A stretch of 64,000 bases of DNA from Eledone cirrhosa (GCA_964016885.1 OZ024750.1:45508001-45572000); one strand, 5' to 3'; numbered from the stretch's first letter, positions 47,490 through 59,655 are shown. Notes: generated by a model not told the origin, from the letters alone. A program made the numbers and translations.

Positions 47490-50400
47490 CAAATAACGAA
47501 ACGAAATTAAATTTCGTTTCGTTTGTAACTCACTTTTGTATGACTGACGCTTAAACAATTAAGTTAAAAATGTACATCCACATATGTATACTGAAATACT
47601 AGTATGCATATGAATACACACACGTGTACATATGTAGATGTACCGAGTTTTCACTGGTCACTTTACTGTGAGTGTCCAGCTATTCTGTATGTAGACACAC
47701 AGACAAGCCGGTTCTTAGAGTCATACTGGTTTTTGAGGAAACACCTTTCCTCTATTCTCCAGAAAGCCAGACAAGGAATATTGGACTAGTTTCGATGTTG
47801 TTACATCTCATCAGCAATATTTACCTATCTTCCGGCTTCTCTAGAGAATCGTGAAAGCACATATCGTTATATGCTTTTTCTATGAAAATTAGTAGTGGGC
47901 AGACCAATTTGCATAGAGCGTGAGTACGTACCGGTTCAACGGAGACGATAAAAACAAATAACGAAACGAAATTAAATTTCGTTTCGTTTGTAACTCACTT
48001 TTGTATGACTGACGCTTAAACAATTAAGTTAAAAATGTACATCCACATATGTATACTGAAATACTAGTATGCATATGAATACACACACGTGTACATATGT
48101 AGATGTACCGAGTTTTCACTGGTCACTTTACTGTGAGTGTCCAGCTATTCTGTATGTAGACACACAGACAAACCGGTTCTTAGAGTCATACTGGTTTTTG
48201 AGGAAACACCTTTCCTCTATTCTCCAGAAAGCCAGACAAGGAATATTGGACTAGTTTCGATGTTGTTACATCTCATCAGCAATATTTACCTATCTTCCGG
48301 CTTCTCTAGAGAATCGTGAAAGCACATATCGTTATATGCTTTTTCTATGAAAATTAGTAGTGGGCAGACCAATTTGCATAGAGCGTGAGTACGTACCGGT
48401 TCAACGGAGACGATAAAAACAAATAACGAAACGAAATTAAATTTCGTTTCGTTTGTAACTCACTTTTGTATGACTGACGCTTAAACAATTAAGTTAAAAA
48501 TGTACATCCACATATGTATACTGAAATACTAGTATGCATATGAATACACACACGTGTACATATGTAGATGTACCGAGTTTTCACTGGTCACTTTACTGTG
48601 AGTGTCCAGCTATTCTGTATGTAGACACACAGACAAACCGGTTCTTAGAGTCATACTGGTTTTTGAGGAAACACCTTTCCTCTATTCTCCAGAAAGCCAG
48701 ACAAGGAATATTGGACTAGTTTCGATGTTGTTACATCTCATCAGCAATATTTACCTATCTTCCGGCTTCTCTAGAGAATCGTGAAAGCACATATCGTTAT
48801 ATGCTTTTTCTATGAAAATTAGTAGTGGGCAGACCAATTTGCATAGAGCGTGAGTACGTACCGGTTCAACGGAGACGATAAAAACAAATAACGAAACGAA
48901 ATTAAATTTCGTTTCGTTTGTAACTCACTTTTGTATGACTGACGCTTAAACAATTAAGTTAAAAATGTACATCCACATATGTATACTGAAATACTAGTAT
49001 GCATATGAATACACACACGTGTACATATGTAGATGTACCGAGTTTTCACTGGTCACTTTACTGTGAGTGTCCAGCTATTCTGTATGTAGACACACAGACA
49101 AACCGGTTCTTAGAGTCATACTGGTTTTTGAGGAAACACCTTTCCTCTATTCTCCAGAAAGCCAGACAAGGAATATTGGACTAGTTTCGATGTTGTTACA
49201 TCTCATCAGCAATATTTACCTATCTTCCGGCTTCTCTAGAGAATCGTGAAAGCACATATCGTTATATGCTTTTTCTATGAAAATTAGTAGTGGGCAGACC
49301 AATTTGCATAGAGCGTGAGTACGTACCGGTTCAACGGAGACGATAAAAACAAATAACGAAACGAAATTAAATTTCGTTTCGTTTGTAACTCACTTTTGTA
49401 TGACTGACGCTTAAACAATTAAGTTAAAAATGTACATCCACATATGTATACTGAAATACTAGTATGCATATGAATACACACACGTGTACATATGTAGATG
49501 TACCGAGTTTTCACTGGTCACTTTACTGTGAGTGTCCAGCTATTCTGTATGTAGACACACAGACAAACCGGTTCTTAGAGTCATACTGGTTTTTGAGGAA
49601 ACACCTTTCCTCTATTCTCCAGAAAGCCAGACAAGGAATATTGGACTAGTTTCGATGTTGTTACATCTCATCAGCAATATTTACCTATCTTCCGGCTTCT
49701 CTAGAGAATCGTGAAAGCACATATCGTTATATGCTTTTTCTATGAAAATTAGTAGTGGGCAGACCAATTTGCATAGAGCGTGAGTACGTACCGGTTCAAC
49801 GGAGACGATAAAAACAAATAACGAAACGAAATTAAATTTCGTTTCGTTTGTAACTCACTTTTGTATGACTGACGCTTAAACAATTAAGTTAAAAATGTAC
49901 ATCCACATATGTATACTGAAATACTAGTATGCATATGAATACACACACGTGTACATATGTAGATGTACCGAGTTTTCACTGGTCACTTTACTGTGAGTGT
50001 CCAGCTATTCTGTATGTAGACACACAGACAAACCGGTTCTTAGAGTCATACTGGTTTTTGAGGAAACACCTTTCCTCTATTCTCCAGAAAGCCAGACAAG
50101 GAATATTGGACTAGTTTCGATGTTGTTACATCTCATCAGCAATATTTACCTATCTTCCGGCTTCTCTAGAGAATCGTGAAAGCACATATCGTTATATGCT
50201 TTTTCTATGAAAATTAGTAGTGGGCAGACCAATTTGCATAGAGCGTGAGTACGTACCGGTTCAACGGAGACGATAAAAACAAATAACGAAACGAAATTAA
50301 ATTTCGTTTCGTTTGTAACTCACTTTTGTATGACTGACGCTTAAACAATTAAGTTAAAAATGTACATCCACATATGTATACTGAAATACTAGTATGCATA

Positions 50401-50934
50401 TGAATACACACACGTGTACATATGTAGATGTCCCGAGTTTTCACTGGTCACTTTACTGTGAGTGTCCAGCTATTCTGTATGTAGACACACAGACAAACCG
50501 GTTCTTAGAGTCATACTGGTTTTTGAGGAAACACCTTTCCTCTATTCTCCAGAAAGCCAGACAAGGAATATTGGACTAGTTTCGATGTTGTTACATCTCA
50601 TCAGCAATATTTACCTATCTTCCGGCTTCTCTAGAGAATCGTGAAAGCACATATCGTTATATGCTTTTTCTATGAAAATTAGTAGTGGGCAGACCAATTT
50701 GCATAGAGCGTGAGTACGTACCGGTTCAACGGAGACGATAAAAACAAATAACGAAACGAAATTAAATTTCGTTTCGTTTGTAACTCACTTTTGTATGACT
50801 GACGCTTAAACAATTAAGTTAAAAATGTACATCCACATATGTATACTGAAATACTAGTATGCATATGAATACACACACGTGTACATATGTAGATGTACCG
50901 AGTTTTCACTGGTCACTTTACTGTGAGTGTCCAG
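47483..50934 (-). mobile_element. Left arm of retrozyme-like array: 7 full 465-bp units plus a 197-bp partial unit (HHR on the minus strand)
   Basis: Units start at 47483, 47948, 48413, 48878, 49343, 49808, 50273 and 50738. The identical 61-aa ORFs recur every 465 bp. The left end abuts (TA)n. Confidence 0.92.
47777..47821 (-). ncRNA. Type I hammerhead ribozyme (first of 7 minus-strand copies; others start at 48242, 48707, 49172, 49637, 50102, 50567)
   Basis: Reverse complement: AATATTG-CTGATGA-GATGT(aaca)ACATC-GAAA-C-TA-GTC-CAATATT. Full canonical core, perfect stems I and II, GUC triplet. Confidence 0.93.
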
Positions 50935-50938
50935 TGAG

Positions 50939-53474
50939 TGTCTGGCTTTCTGGAGAATAGAGGAAAGGTGTTTCCTCAAAAACCAGTATGACTCTAAGAA
51001 CCGGTTTGTCTGTGTGTCTACATACAGAATAGCTGGACACTCACAGTAAAGTGACCAGTGAAAACTCGGTACATCTACATATGTACACGTGTGTGTATTC
51101 ATATGCATACTAGTATTTCAGTATACATATGTGGATGTACATTTTTAACTTAATTGTTTAAGCGTCAGTCATACAAAAGTGAGTTACAAACGAAACGAAA
51201 TTTAATTTCGTTTCGTTATTTGTTTTTATCGTCTCCGTTGAACCGGTACGTACTCACGCTCTATGCAAATTGGTCTGCCCACTACTAATTTTCATAGAAA
51301 AAGCATATAACGATATGTGCTTTCACGATTCTCTAGAGAAGCCGGAAGATAGGTAAATATTGCTGATGAGATGTAACAACATCGAAACTAGTCCAATATT
51401 CCTTGTCTGGCTTTCTGGAGAATAGAGGAAAGGTGTTTCCTCAAAAACCAGTATGACTCTAAGAACCGGTTTGTCTGTGTGTCTACATACAGAATAGCTG
51501 GACACTCACAGTAAAGTGACCAGTGAAAACTCGGTACATCTACATATGTACACGTGTGTGTATTCATATGCATACTAGTATTTCAGTATACATATGTGGA
51601 TGTACATTTTTAACTTAATTGTTTAAGCGTCAGTCATACAAAAGTGAGTTACAAACGAAACGAAATTTAATTTCGTTTCGTTATTTGTTTTTATCGTCTC
51701 CGTTGAACCGGTACGTACTCACGCTCTATGCAAATTGGTCTGCCCACTACTAATTTTCATAGAAAAAGCATATAACGATATGTGCTTTCACGATTCTCTA
51801 GAGAAGCCGGAAGATAGGTAAATATTGCTGATGAGATGTAACAACATCGAAACTAGTCCAATATTCCTTGTCTGGCTTTCTGGAGAATAGAGGAAAGGTG
51901 TTTCCTCAAAAACCAGTATGACTCTAAGAACCGGTTTGTCTGTGTGTCTACATACAGAATAGCTGGACACTCACAGTAAAGTGACCAGTGAAAACTCGGT
52001 ACATCTACATATGTACACGTGTGTGTATTCATATGCATACTAGTATTTCAGTATACATATGTGGATGTACATTTTTAACTTAATTGTTTAAGCGTCAGTC
52101 ATACAAAAGTGAGTTACAAACGAAACGAAATTTAATTTCGTTTCGTTATTTGTTTTTATCGTCTCCGTTGAACCGGTACGTACTCACGCTCTATGCAAAT
52201 TGGTCTGCCCACTACTAATTTTCATAGAAAAAGCATATAACGATATGTGCTTTCACGATTCTCTAGAGAAGCCGGAAGATAGGTAAATATTGCTGATGAG
52301 ATGTAACAACATCGAAACTAGTCCAATATTCCTTGTCTGGCTTTCTGGAGAATAGAGGAAAGGTGTTTCCTCAAAAACCAGTATGACTCTAAGAACCGGT
52401 TTGTCTGTGTGTCTACATACAGAATAGCTGGACACTCACAGTAAAGTGACCAGTGAAAACTCGGTACATCTACATATGTACACGTGTGTGTATTCATATG
52501 CATACTAGTATTTCAGTATACATATGTGGATGTACATTTTTAACTTAATTGTTTAAGCGTCAGTCATACAAAAGTGAGTTACAAACGAAACGAAATTTAA
52601 TTTCGTTTCGTTATTTGTTTTTATCGTCTCCGTTGAACCGGTACGTACTCACGCTCTATGCAAATTGGTCTGCCCACTACTAATTTTCATAGAAAAAGCA
52701 TATAACGATATGTGCTTTCACGATTCTCTAGAGAAGCCGGAAGATAGGTAAATATTGCTGATGAGATGTAACAACATCGAAACTAGTCCAATATTCCTTG
52801 TCTGGCTTTCTGGAGAATAGAGGAAAGGTGTTTCCTCAAAAACCAGTATGACTCTAAGAACCGGTTTGTCTGTGTGTCTACATACAGAATAGCTGGACAC
52901 TCACAGTAAAGTGACCAGTGAAAACTCGGTACATCTACATATTTACACGTGTGTGTATTCATATGCATACTAGTATTTCAGTATACATATGTGGATGTAC
53001 ATTTTTAACTTAATTGTTTAAGCGTCAGTCATACAAAAGTGAGTTACAAACGAAACGAAATTTAATTTCGTTTCGTTATTTGTTTTTATCGTCTCCGTTG
53101 AACCGGTACGTACTCACGCTCTATGCAAATTGGTCTGCCCACTACTAATTTTCATAGAAAAAGCATATAACGATATGTGCTTTCACGATTCTCTAGAGAA
53201 GCCGGAAGATAGGTAAATATTGCTGATGAGATGTAACAACATCGAAACTAGTCCAATATTCCTTGTCTGGCTTTCTGGAGAATAGAGGAAAGGTGTTTCC
53301 TCAAAAACCAGTATGACTCTAAGAACCGGTTTGTCTGTGTGTCTACATACAGAATAGCTGGACACTCACAGTAAAGTGACCAGTGAAAACTCGGTACATC
53401 TACATATGTACACGTGTGTGTATTCATATGCATACTAGTATTTCAGTATACATATGTGGATGTACATTTTTAAC

Positions 53475-53480
<6 letters not shown>
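50939..53480 (+). mobile_element. Right arm of retrozyme-like array: ~5.5 inverted 465-bp units (HHR on the plus strand)
   Basis: Reverse complement of the left-arm unit. It ends at ...TAACTTAATT followed by (AT)n. Confidence 0.92.
51356..51400 (+). ncRNA. Type I hammerhead ribozyme (first of 5 plus-strand copies; others start at 51821, 52286, 52751, 53216)
   Basis: AATATTG CTGATGA GATGT aaca ACATC GAAA C TA GTC CAATATT, with predicted cleavage after 51393. Stem I extends imperfectly over 51331-51420 (CTCTAGAGAAGCCGGA / TCTGGCTTTCTGGAG). Confidence 0.93.
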
Positions 53481-53526
<46 letters not shown>

Positions 53527-53633
53527 AGGGAGTGTAACGCGGAGTTACTGTAGGTTAAGCTGGATGAGCACTCTATGTTAAGGTTCAAATCAGTATCGAG
53601 GTGTAGCGCTAGACAGAGTGTAATATAATTTAT

Positions 53634-53818
53634 TGTTTCTACTTTTGGCACAAGTCCAGCAAATACCCCAGTGCATTACTGGTACTTTATTTTATCGACC
53701 CCGTAAGGATTAAAGGCAAAGTTAACATCGGCGGGATTTGAAATCAGAATGGCAAGGGCCGTAACTCTATGCGTCAAAGCATGCCGTCCGACCCTCTACC
53801 GATACTGCCATACCACCG
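53634..53818 (-). mobile_element. SINE family A copy, full length
   Basis: Reverse complement of 4023-4205. Confidence 0.88.
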
Positions 53819-53819
53819 C

Positions 53820-54097
53820 CAATGACGAATGGTTACTTCTTCATTACGTTTATTGGTTGGTGTCGTGCGTTTCACTACTGATCGGCTCAAGGTCTTGCTG
53901 GCACAACTCTGGAATCAAAAGCTCGTCAGACCTTTGTAGTAGTAACGACAGAATCTGTCACTACTGATACAGAGGTCCGACGAGCTTTTGATTCCAGAGT
54001 CGGGTTAGATCGATACAGATCCTACTTTGAGCTGTTCAGCAGCGAAACGTGCATCCCCAACCAATAAACTTAATGAAGGAATAACCATTCGTCCTTG
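53820..54097. mobile_element. Head-to-head inverted pair of a decayed HHR-bearing element (long stem II)
   Basis: The arms mirror around ~53952. Left (minus): AGGT-CTGACGA-GCT...AGT-GAAAC-GCAC-GAC-ACC. Right (plus): AGGT-CCGACGA-GCT...AGC-GAAAC-GTGC-ATC-CCC. Both are followed by AACCAATAAAC. Confidence 0.65.
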
Positions 54098-54125
54098 CAT
54101 TATTAGTAGTATATATATATATATA

Positions 54126-54176
54126 GTACCAGTAATGCAGTGGGATAATTGCTGGCCTTGTGCCCAAAGTAGAAAC
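54126..54176 (+). mobile_element. SINE family A 3' fragment
   Basis: GTACCAGTAATGCAGTGGGATAATTGCTGGCCTTGTGCCCAAAGTAGAAAC matches the SINE 3' end. Confidence 0.75.
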
Positions 54177-54177
54177 A

Positions 54178-54586
54178 ATTATTATTATTATTATTATTGT
54201 TCTTTTAGTCTCAGTCATTGATGTTATTTAACTGGAAAGTTTGTTGAAATGAATATCAAGCCACTATCTGCAGCCTCTGATATTTAGGACGTATCGGAGG
54301 GTTCTCGCTGTTCTCAGCAAGCATGCCTTTTGAAGTGCTCCAAAAAGCGGGGCTGGACTAATCTTCTTTAACCCGCCTTGAAAACTCTTTGAGATAGTAC
54401 CTAGTGCTCCCATGACAATCGGGACGACCTTGCTTTCGTGGCAGTTCCAATTCCTTTTAACTCCTACTTTAAGGCCTGGTATCGGCTAATTTTCTCCCTC
54501 TCCTTTCCTTGCAATCTCATGTCAAAACGGTAGGCTACATCTACAATCAGGCACGATCTTTTTTCCTTGTCCAAAACCACCAGGTC
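54178..54586 (-). mobile_element. 3' end of an RLE non-LTR retrotransposon (R4/Dong-like) ending in (TAA)n
   Basis: Minus strand reads DLVVLDKEKRSCLIVDVAYRFD...EREKISRYQ, then after frameshifts ...VVPIVMGALGTISK... and ...LQKACLLRTARTLRYVL. A short 3' UTR and a (TAA)n tail at 54178-54198 follow. Confidence 0.85.
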
Positions 54587-54604
54587 ATATATATATATAT
54601 ATAT

Positions 54605-54804
54605 ATAACGAAGTAAATGTGGTAAGGAACCAGGTGGACCATAACGCACCAAAGTACTCAATACTTAGGGTAGTAGAGTGGGTAATAGGAACGAGTAGGA
54701 CCCCGACGGCTGAGGTCAAGCCGTTTCGACGGCTAATTCTGGATTCCAGAATTAGCCGTCGAAACGGCTTCAGCTCAGCCGTCGGGGTCCTACTCGTTCC
54801 TATA
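54605..54804. mobile_element. Short fold-back element between (TA)n tracts (family B)
   Basis: A ~75-bp unique arm plus a ~125-bp near-perfect hairpin TAGGAACGAGTAGGACCCCGACGG...CCGTCGGGGTCCTACTCGTTCCTA. Further copies are at 61990-62514. Confidence 0.8.
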
Positions 54805-55290
54805 TATATATATATGTTTTGTATCATTCAACTTAATTCCATATAATCGATTCTTCTCACCCCGCCCCCTAAATATCTGAGGTATGTGCCTATGTTAGAA
54901 ACCTTATGTATAACGAAACAAAGATTGACTTTCTAGACATAGCAAGCAAAACTCTCTCAAATCAAAATCTGCAGTCATAAAGATAAAATAACCCATTATA
55001 TAAGGAGTCCTTGTTATACCTGTATACTTGCATAACCATGTGTAGAAGAAGTTCGTTTCAGGCTCAGAAGGTCCTTATTTACTGCAGAAACTGAAATATA
55101 CATGAGATCAGTTGGACAGGAGACTTGCGAATGGAACCGGATACTCAGATACTGTTGTGAAAGCTTCGGAAGTTCTGTTCCCTTAATTCACAGAGTCAGT
55201 ATTATTGTAGTGTCTTCCATGCTGATTCTAGCTGTGGATTGCGTTAAGGATGAATATGTCTGTGGAATACCCAATCATATACTCATTTAA

Positions 55291-55540
55291 TTCTTCTTCT
55301 TTTCGTATCTTCGAAGCACGTAGTTATATGACAGTTTCCCATTTCTTTCCACATTCCTTTGCATTAATATTAAATTCTGCGAGATCTTTTAAGCTGCACT
55401 GGTTGGGTAGTAGAGGGCAAACAAGGCAGTGCTGCATCGTATGGTCCTCATTTCCGCATTCACAGATGGTTGGGCCGGTCTTGTAGCCCTCTCTGACCAT
55501 AGCAGCTTTTGATCGCTCCATTCCTCTTCTCAGGGCATGT
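55291..55540 (-). mobile_element. 3' end of a LINE with a C-terminal zinc-knuckle (Vingi/Ingi-like) and (GAA)n tail
   Basis: LRRGMERSKAAMVREGY...ICECGNEDHTMQHCLVCPLLPNQCSLKDL, then a short UTR ending GATACGAAAAGAAGAAGAA. The clade call is from recalled motif similarity. Confidence 0.7.
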
Positions 55541-55759
55541 TCAGTTGATAACAAAACTGGAATATTCAACAACGAAACCGATAGAATGGTTTCATTGATT
55601 GGAAATCGTTTCGTCATAGATCGTAACTTACGTAAGTTTAAGCAACAGTACGAGAAATAAAATATATTTGTAAAAAGTGCATGAAACTGAGTTTCGTAAC
55701 TAATGCTGTACATGGAGTAGTGTAACTAATTTCAGCAATAGAGTAAGGGAAAAACGATT

Positions 55760-55858
55760 TAATTCGACCCCACTACTGAAATGGTACTTCATTTTATCAA
55801 CCACGGACGGTTAGAAATTAAAGTTGACACTCGCGGGATTTGACTTCAGAACGTAAAG
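55760..55858 (-). mobile_element. Older diverged SINE related to family A (another at ~56237-56310)
   Basis: TGGTACTTCATTTTATCAACC...AAAGTTGACACTCGCGGGATTTGACTTCAGAACGTAA resembles the reverse complement of the family A core. Confidence 0.6.
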
Positions 55859-57566
55859 AACCTTCGTAAATAATAAATAAAATCTATGGGGAGGAAGGAA
55901 AGGTCTCATATATATAAGTAGAAAAAGGTGTGTAAATAGATAAATATCGGAGTAAGGTAATGTGAGTTTTGCATCTATGTAGATATTTGTAGAGAGGAGG
56001 CTAATAATGGTAATATCTTGTTTTTGTTTCTGTGGCTTTTGTGTCTAACCTGTGGTAAGTTTAACCTGTCACCCAAGAGGTTGAATATCATCTGAGGTAT
56101 TCTGGTTCCTTTAATGATAAGGGTGCTCGTCTTATCATATAACCATTTCACGGTGACAGGAGACAACATTTGAGCTTTTAACACACAACACTGGAAACAA
56201 TATACTGGAATGCATCTCACACGGCACTTTAACAATTCTGCCATTCTACCGCTTTGGAGTAGCATTTTGTTTATCGACCTCTAAACGGTGAATGGTAAAG
56301 TTAACCTCGTGTAAATGTTCTGAAACTAAACTATACTCCTTTGGGGTTTGTGTTGGTGAGAATAATCGAAAGCAGTTGATAAAAAACGTTTTGAGTAATG
56401 AAGAAATATGTGGAACATTCGTGCTAAATAAATGACATAGTTCTTGTTGATTATGTGGTGCTAGATACATAATGTCTGGAAAAAAGAAGCATAATAAAAA
56501 CTATGGTGGTTTAACCCTCTGAAATGACATTTTAATCAGATTTGTTCGATCAGACCTGACTGGGAGTTCAACATCGGAAACAAGAATTCCGCGTTGAATA
56601 TTTTTATTTGGGTGTAAGTTTTCTGATAGGATACAACATCTAGTGTAATAACATAAAAAAATTATTAACTGATTCAACAATAGTAACAACAGTAACAACA
56701 GAATGAAAACAAGCTCAACAAACGGCAATAATATTACGAATTAGAACAATTCTACAAAAAAATGTAATATAAAATAAAGAGCTTCAAAAGAGAAGTTAAA
56801 AATTGTAATAGAAAAACTGAAAAGAAACAAAGAAACTGTCACATGTTAGCGTTAGGAAAGCCAATAATGTTACAATGGAACAACTGTAATAACAAAACAA
56901 TGGTATAAAAATGAAATAAAATATTTCACGGTGGTGTGGCAATTTGGTAAAAAAAAACGAAGAATGTCAAAGAGACATACACACACTAAAACTAGACACA
57001 CAAAAACCAGACATACATAATATCTAAACCACAACATACTATCAAGAAATATAGGAAAATATTTAAGGGTAACACAAGGATAAAAGTGAGACAAGAGTAA
57101 CTATAGTGTTTGTGTGTGAAGAAAGAGATAGAAGAAATAGGAAGCTTGGTGAATATGGAAAAGATCATGGAATATGCTGTAGAAAAATCAATTACGTTTT
57201 ATGCACATTTAACACCGGCAGCATAAAATTTACTGAGTTCAGCGATCATTTTGAATTAACTGTTTTATGATGTATATGTCTATGTAAATTGCTTTATAGC
57301 ATAGAGCGAGCTGTGTCGGGTGGAGTGAGTGAGAGGGAGAGAGTAAATTAGACATAGAAGCGAGTAGAGAAGTATAAAATCCAAGGAAATAGTTGTTCTC
57401 TTATTGATGATGGTAGTGGGTAGAATTTGAAAAACTCGTAAAATCCACCTTCTCTATAGTTAAATACAGGCCTTTAAACTCGAGTATATATGGATGCATA
57501 TGTCATATGTATGAAGGTATGAAAGTCCATACATAAATGTTTGTATGTACGTATATATTATATATA

Positions 57567-57628
57567 TAGGGCGGTGCCCCAGCATGGCCTCAGCGAATGG
57601 CTGAAACAGGTAAAAGAGTAAAAGAGTA
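57567..57628 (+). mobile_element. SINE 3' tail fragment within (TA)n
   Basis: GGCGGTGCCCCAGCATGGCC...GCTGAAACAGGTAAAAGAGTAAAAGAGTA, recalled as the tail of an abundant octopus SINE; not verified by search. Confidence 0.5.
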
Positions 57629-57639
57629 TATATATATAT

Positions 57640-58387
<748 letters not shown>

Positions 58388-58528
58388 GAGAAGTGACACT
58401 CGCGTTGTGATATATTAGTAAAAAGGAAAAGAAGATGGTGACAATTTTTTCCCAGTGAAAAATAGTTTAATTAGGAATAAGTATAAATTAGTAATAAGTA
58501 TTACTTATTATTCAGTTTTGGTTTTACG

Positions 58529-58566
58529 TTTTTACCGGTTGCGCATTTTTTATGCTTTTCAAAAAT
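58529..58566 (-). ncRNA. Decayed hammerhead-like motif with U3-A8 core
   Basis: Minus strand TTT-TTGAAAA-GCAT(aaaaa)ATGC-GCAA-CCG-GTA-AAA. GAAA is mutated to GCAA, so it is probably inactive. Confidence 0.5.
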
Positions 58567-58595
58567 AATTTTGAGATAGTGTGCTCGTGATTTTT

Positions 58596-58671
<76 letters not shown>

Positions 58672-58836
58672 TATACATAGCAGAATATAAACTGTTATTA
58701 TGTTCTAACACTGTAGAGGCCATTTCCATATATATATATATATATGTAAATGGCTTCTACAGGACTAGCACATATTAAAAAGTTATGCTCTGCCTGTGCA
58801 TGGGGTGCTTGATTTGGTACCACACCGTATTTCACC

Positions 58837-58925
<89 letters not shown>

Positions 58926-58929
<4 letters not shown>

Positions 58930-59123
58930 AGAAAAACCATAGACCCTCCAGCTCAACTCTACTTTTGAAAAGCAGAAGAACTGCGAAACCGGTAAAGGAA
59001 CCAAATATATATATATTTTTAAAAAAAAGACTCCAATTGTATTTTCGATTTCATCTTTTTTCCTTATACTTTCACTCGTGTAGGACACCTCGGTTATTTT
59101 TCATTTTGTAAAAAAAACCTCAC

Positions 59124-59131
<8 letters not shown>
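58926..59131 (+). mobile_element. Short HHR-bearing element (family C) between microsatellites; inverted copy at 61598-61808 and 3' fragment at 59444-59510
   Basis: Contains CTT-TTGAAAA-GCAG(aagaa)CTGC-GAAA-CCG-GTA-AAG (~58962-58998) and aligns by eye with the reverse complement of 61598-61808. Confidence 0.75.
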
Positions 59132-59155
<24 letters not shown>

Positions 59156-59201
59156 GGAGAAAAAATTTACGAAATGGAAATGCGGGTATATAGAATTTAT
59201 T

Positions 59202-59318
59202 AGGTAACAATTGTTTCCATAGTGTATGAGTTACCTATACCTCGCTATTTGAATAATACACAAATATTATCAAAAACCGAAAGTACACTGTAAGCCAACA
59301 CACCATGTCATCAGACCT
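59202..59318 (-). ncRNA. Type I hammerhead ribozyme-like motif with a ~80-nt stem II insertion
   Basis: Minus strand AGGT-CTGATGA-CATGG...CTATG-GAAA-C-AATT-GTT-ACCT-AATAAA: stem I AGGT/ACCT and palindromic stem III AACAATTGTT. Confidence 0.65.
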
Positions 59319-59506
59319 TTGTATTAGAATGATATGAAAATATTTTATACACTAGATAAAAGATAAAGAAGGAGGTAGGAAGAGAAGGGGTAGAGGGAAG
59401 TGAGTAAGGTGGTGGGAGTATATATATATATATATATATATATACTAGAAAGTGAGATTTTGTTTACAAAATGAAAGATAACCCTGGTGTCCTACACGAG
59501 TGAAAG

Positions 59507-59570
<64 letters not shown>

Positions 59571-59655
59571 GTAAACAGAAAAAATAACAACACAATCGGT
59601 ACAGTATATGGAAACTATATATATTAGATTAACGCTTAATATAGCTGGAAGAGAG

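Noticed and set aside
47604-53433. Repeated 60/61-aa ORFs in the 465-bp units, and possible endless rolling-circle ORF (465 = 155 codons)
   Set aside because: The ORFs are antisense to the ribozyme, short and without recognisable motifs. A stop-free frame containing a start codon would appear as a multi-kb ORF in the track, and none does.
53525-53625. CTGGATGAGCACTCT...AGAGTGT next to the array's right end
   Set aside because: The core has an extra G and there is no GAAA or NUH after the stem, so it is not supportable as a ribozyme.
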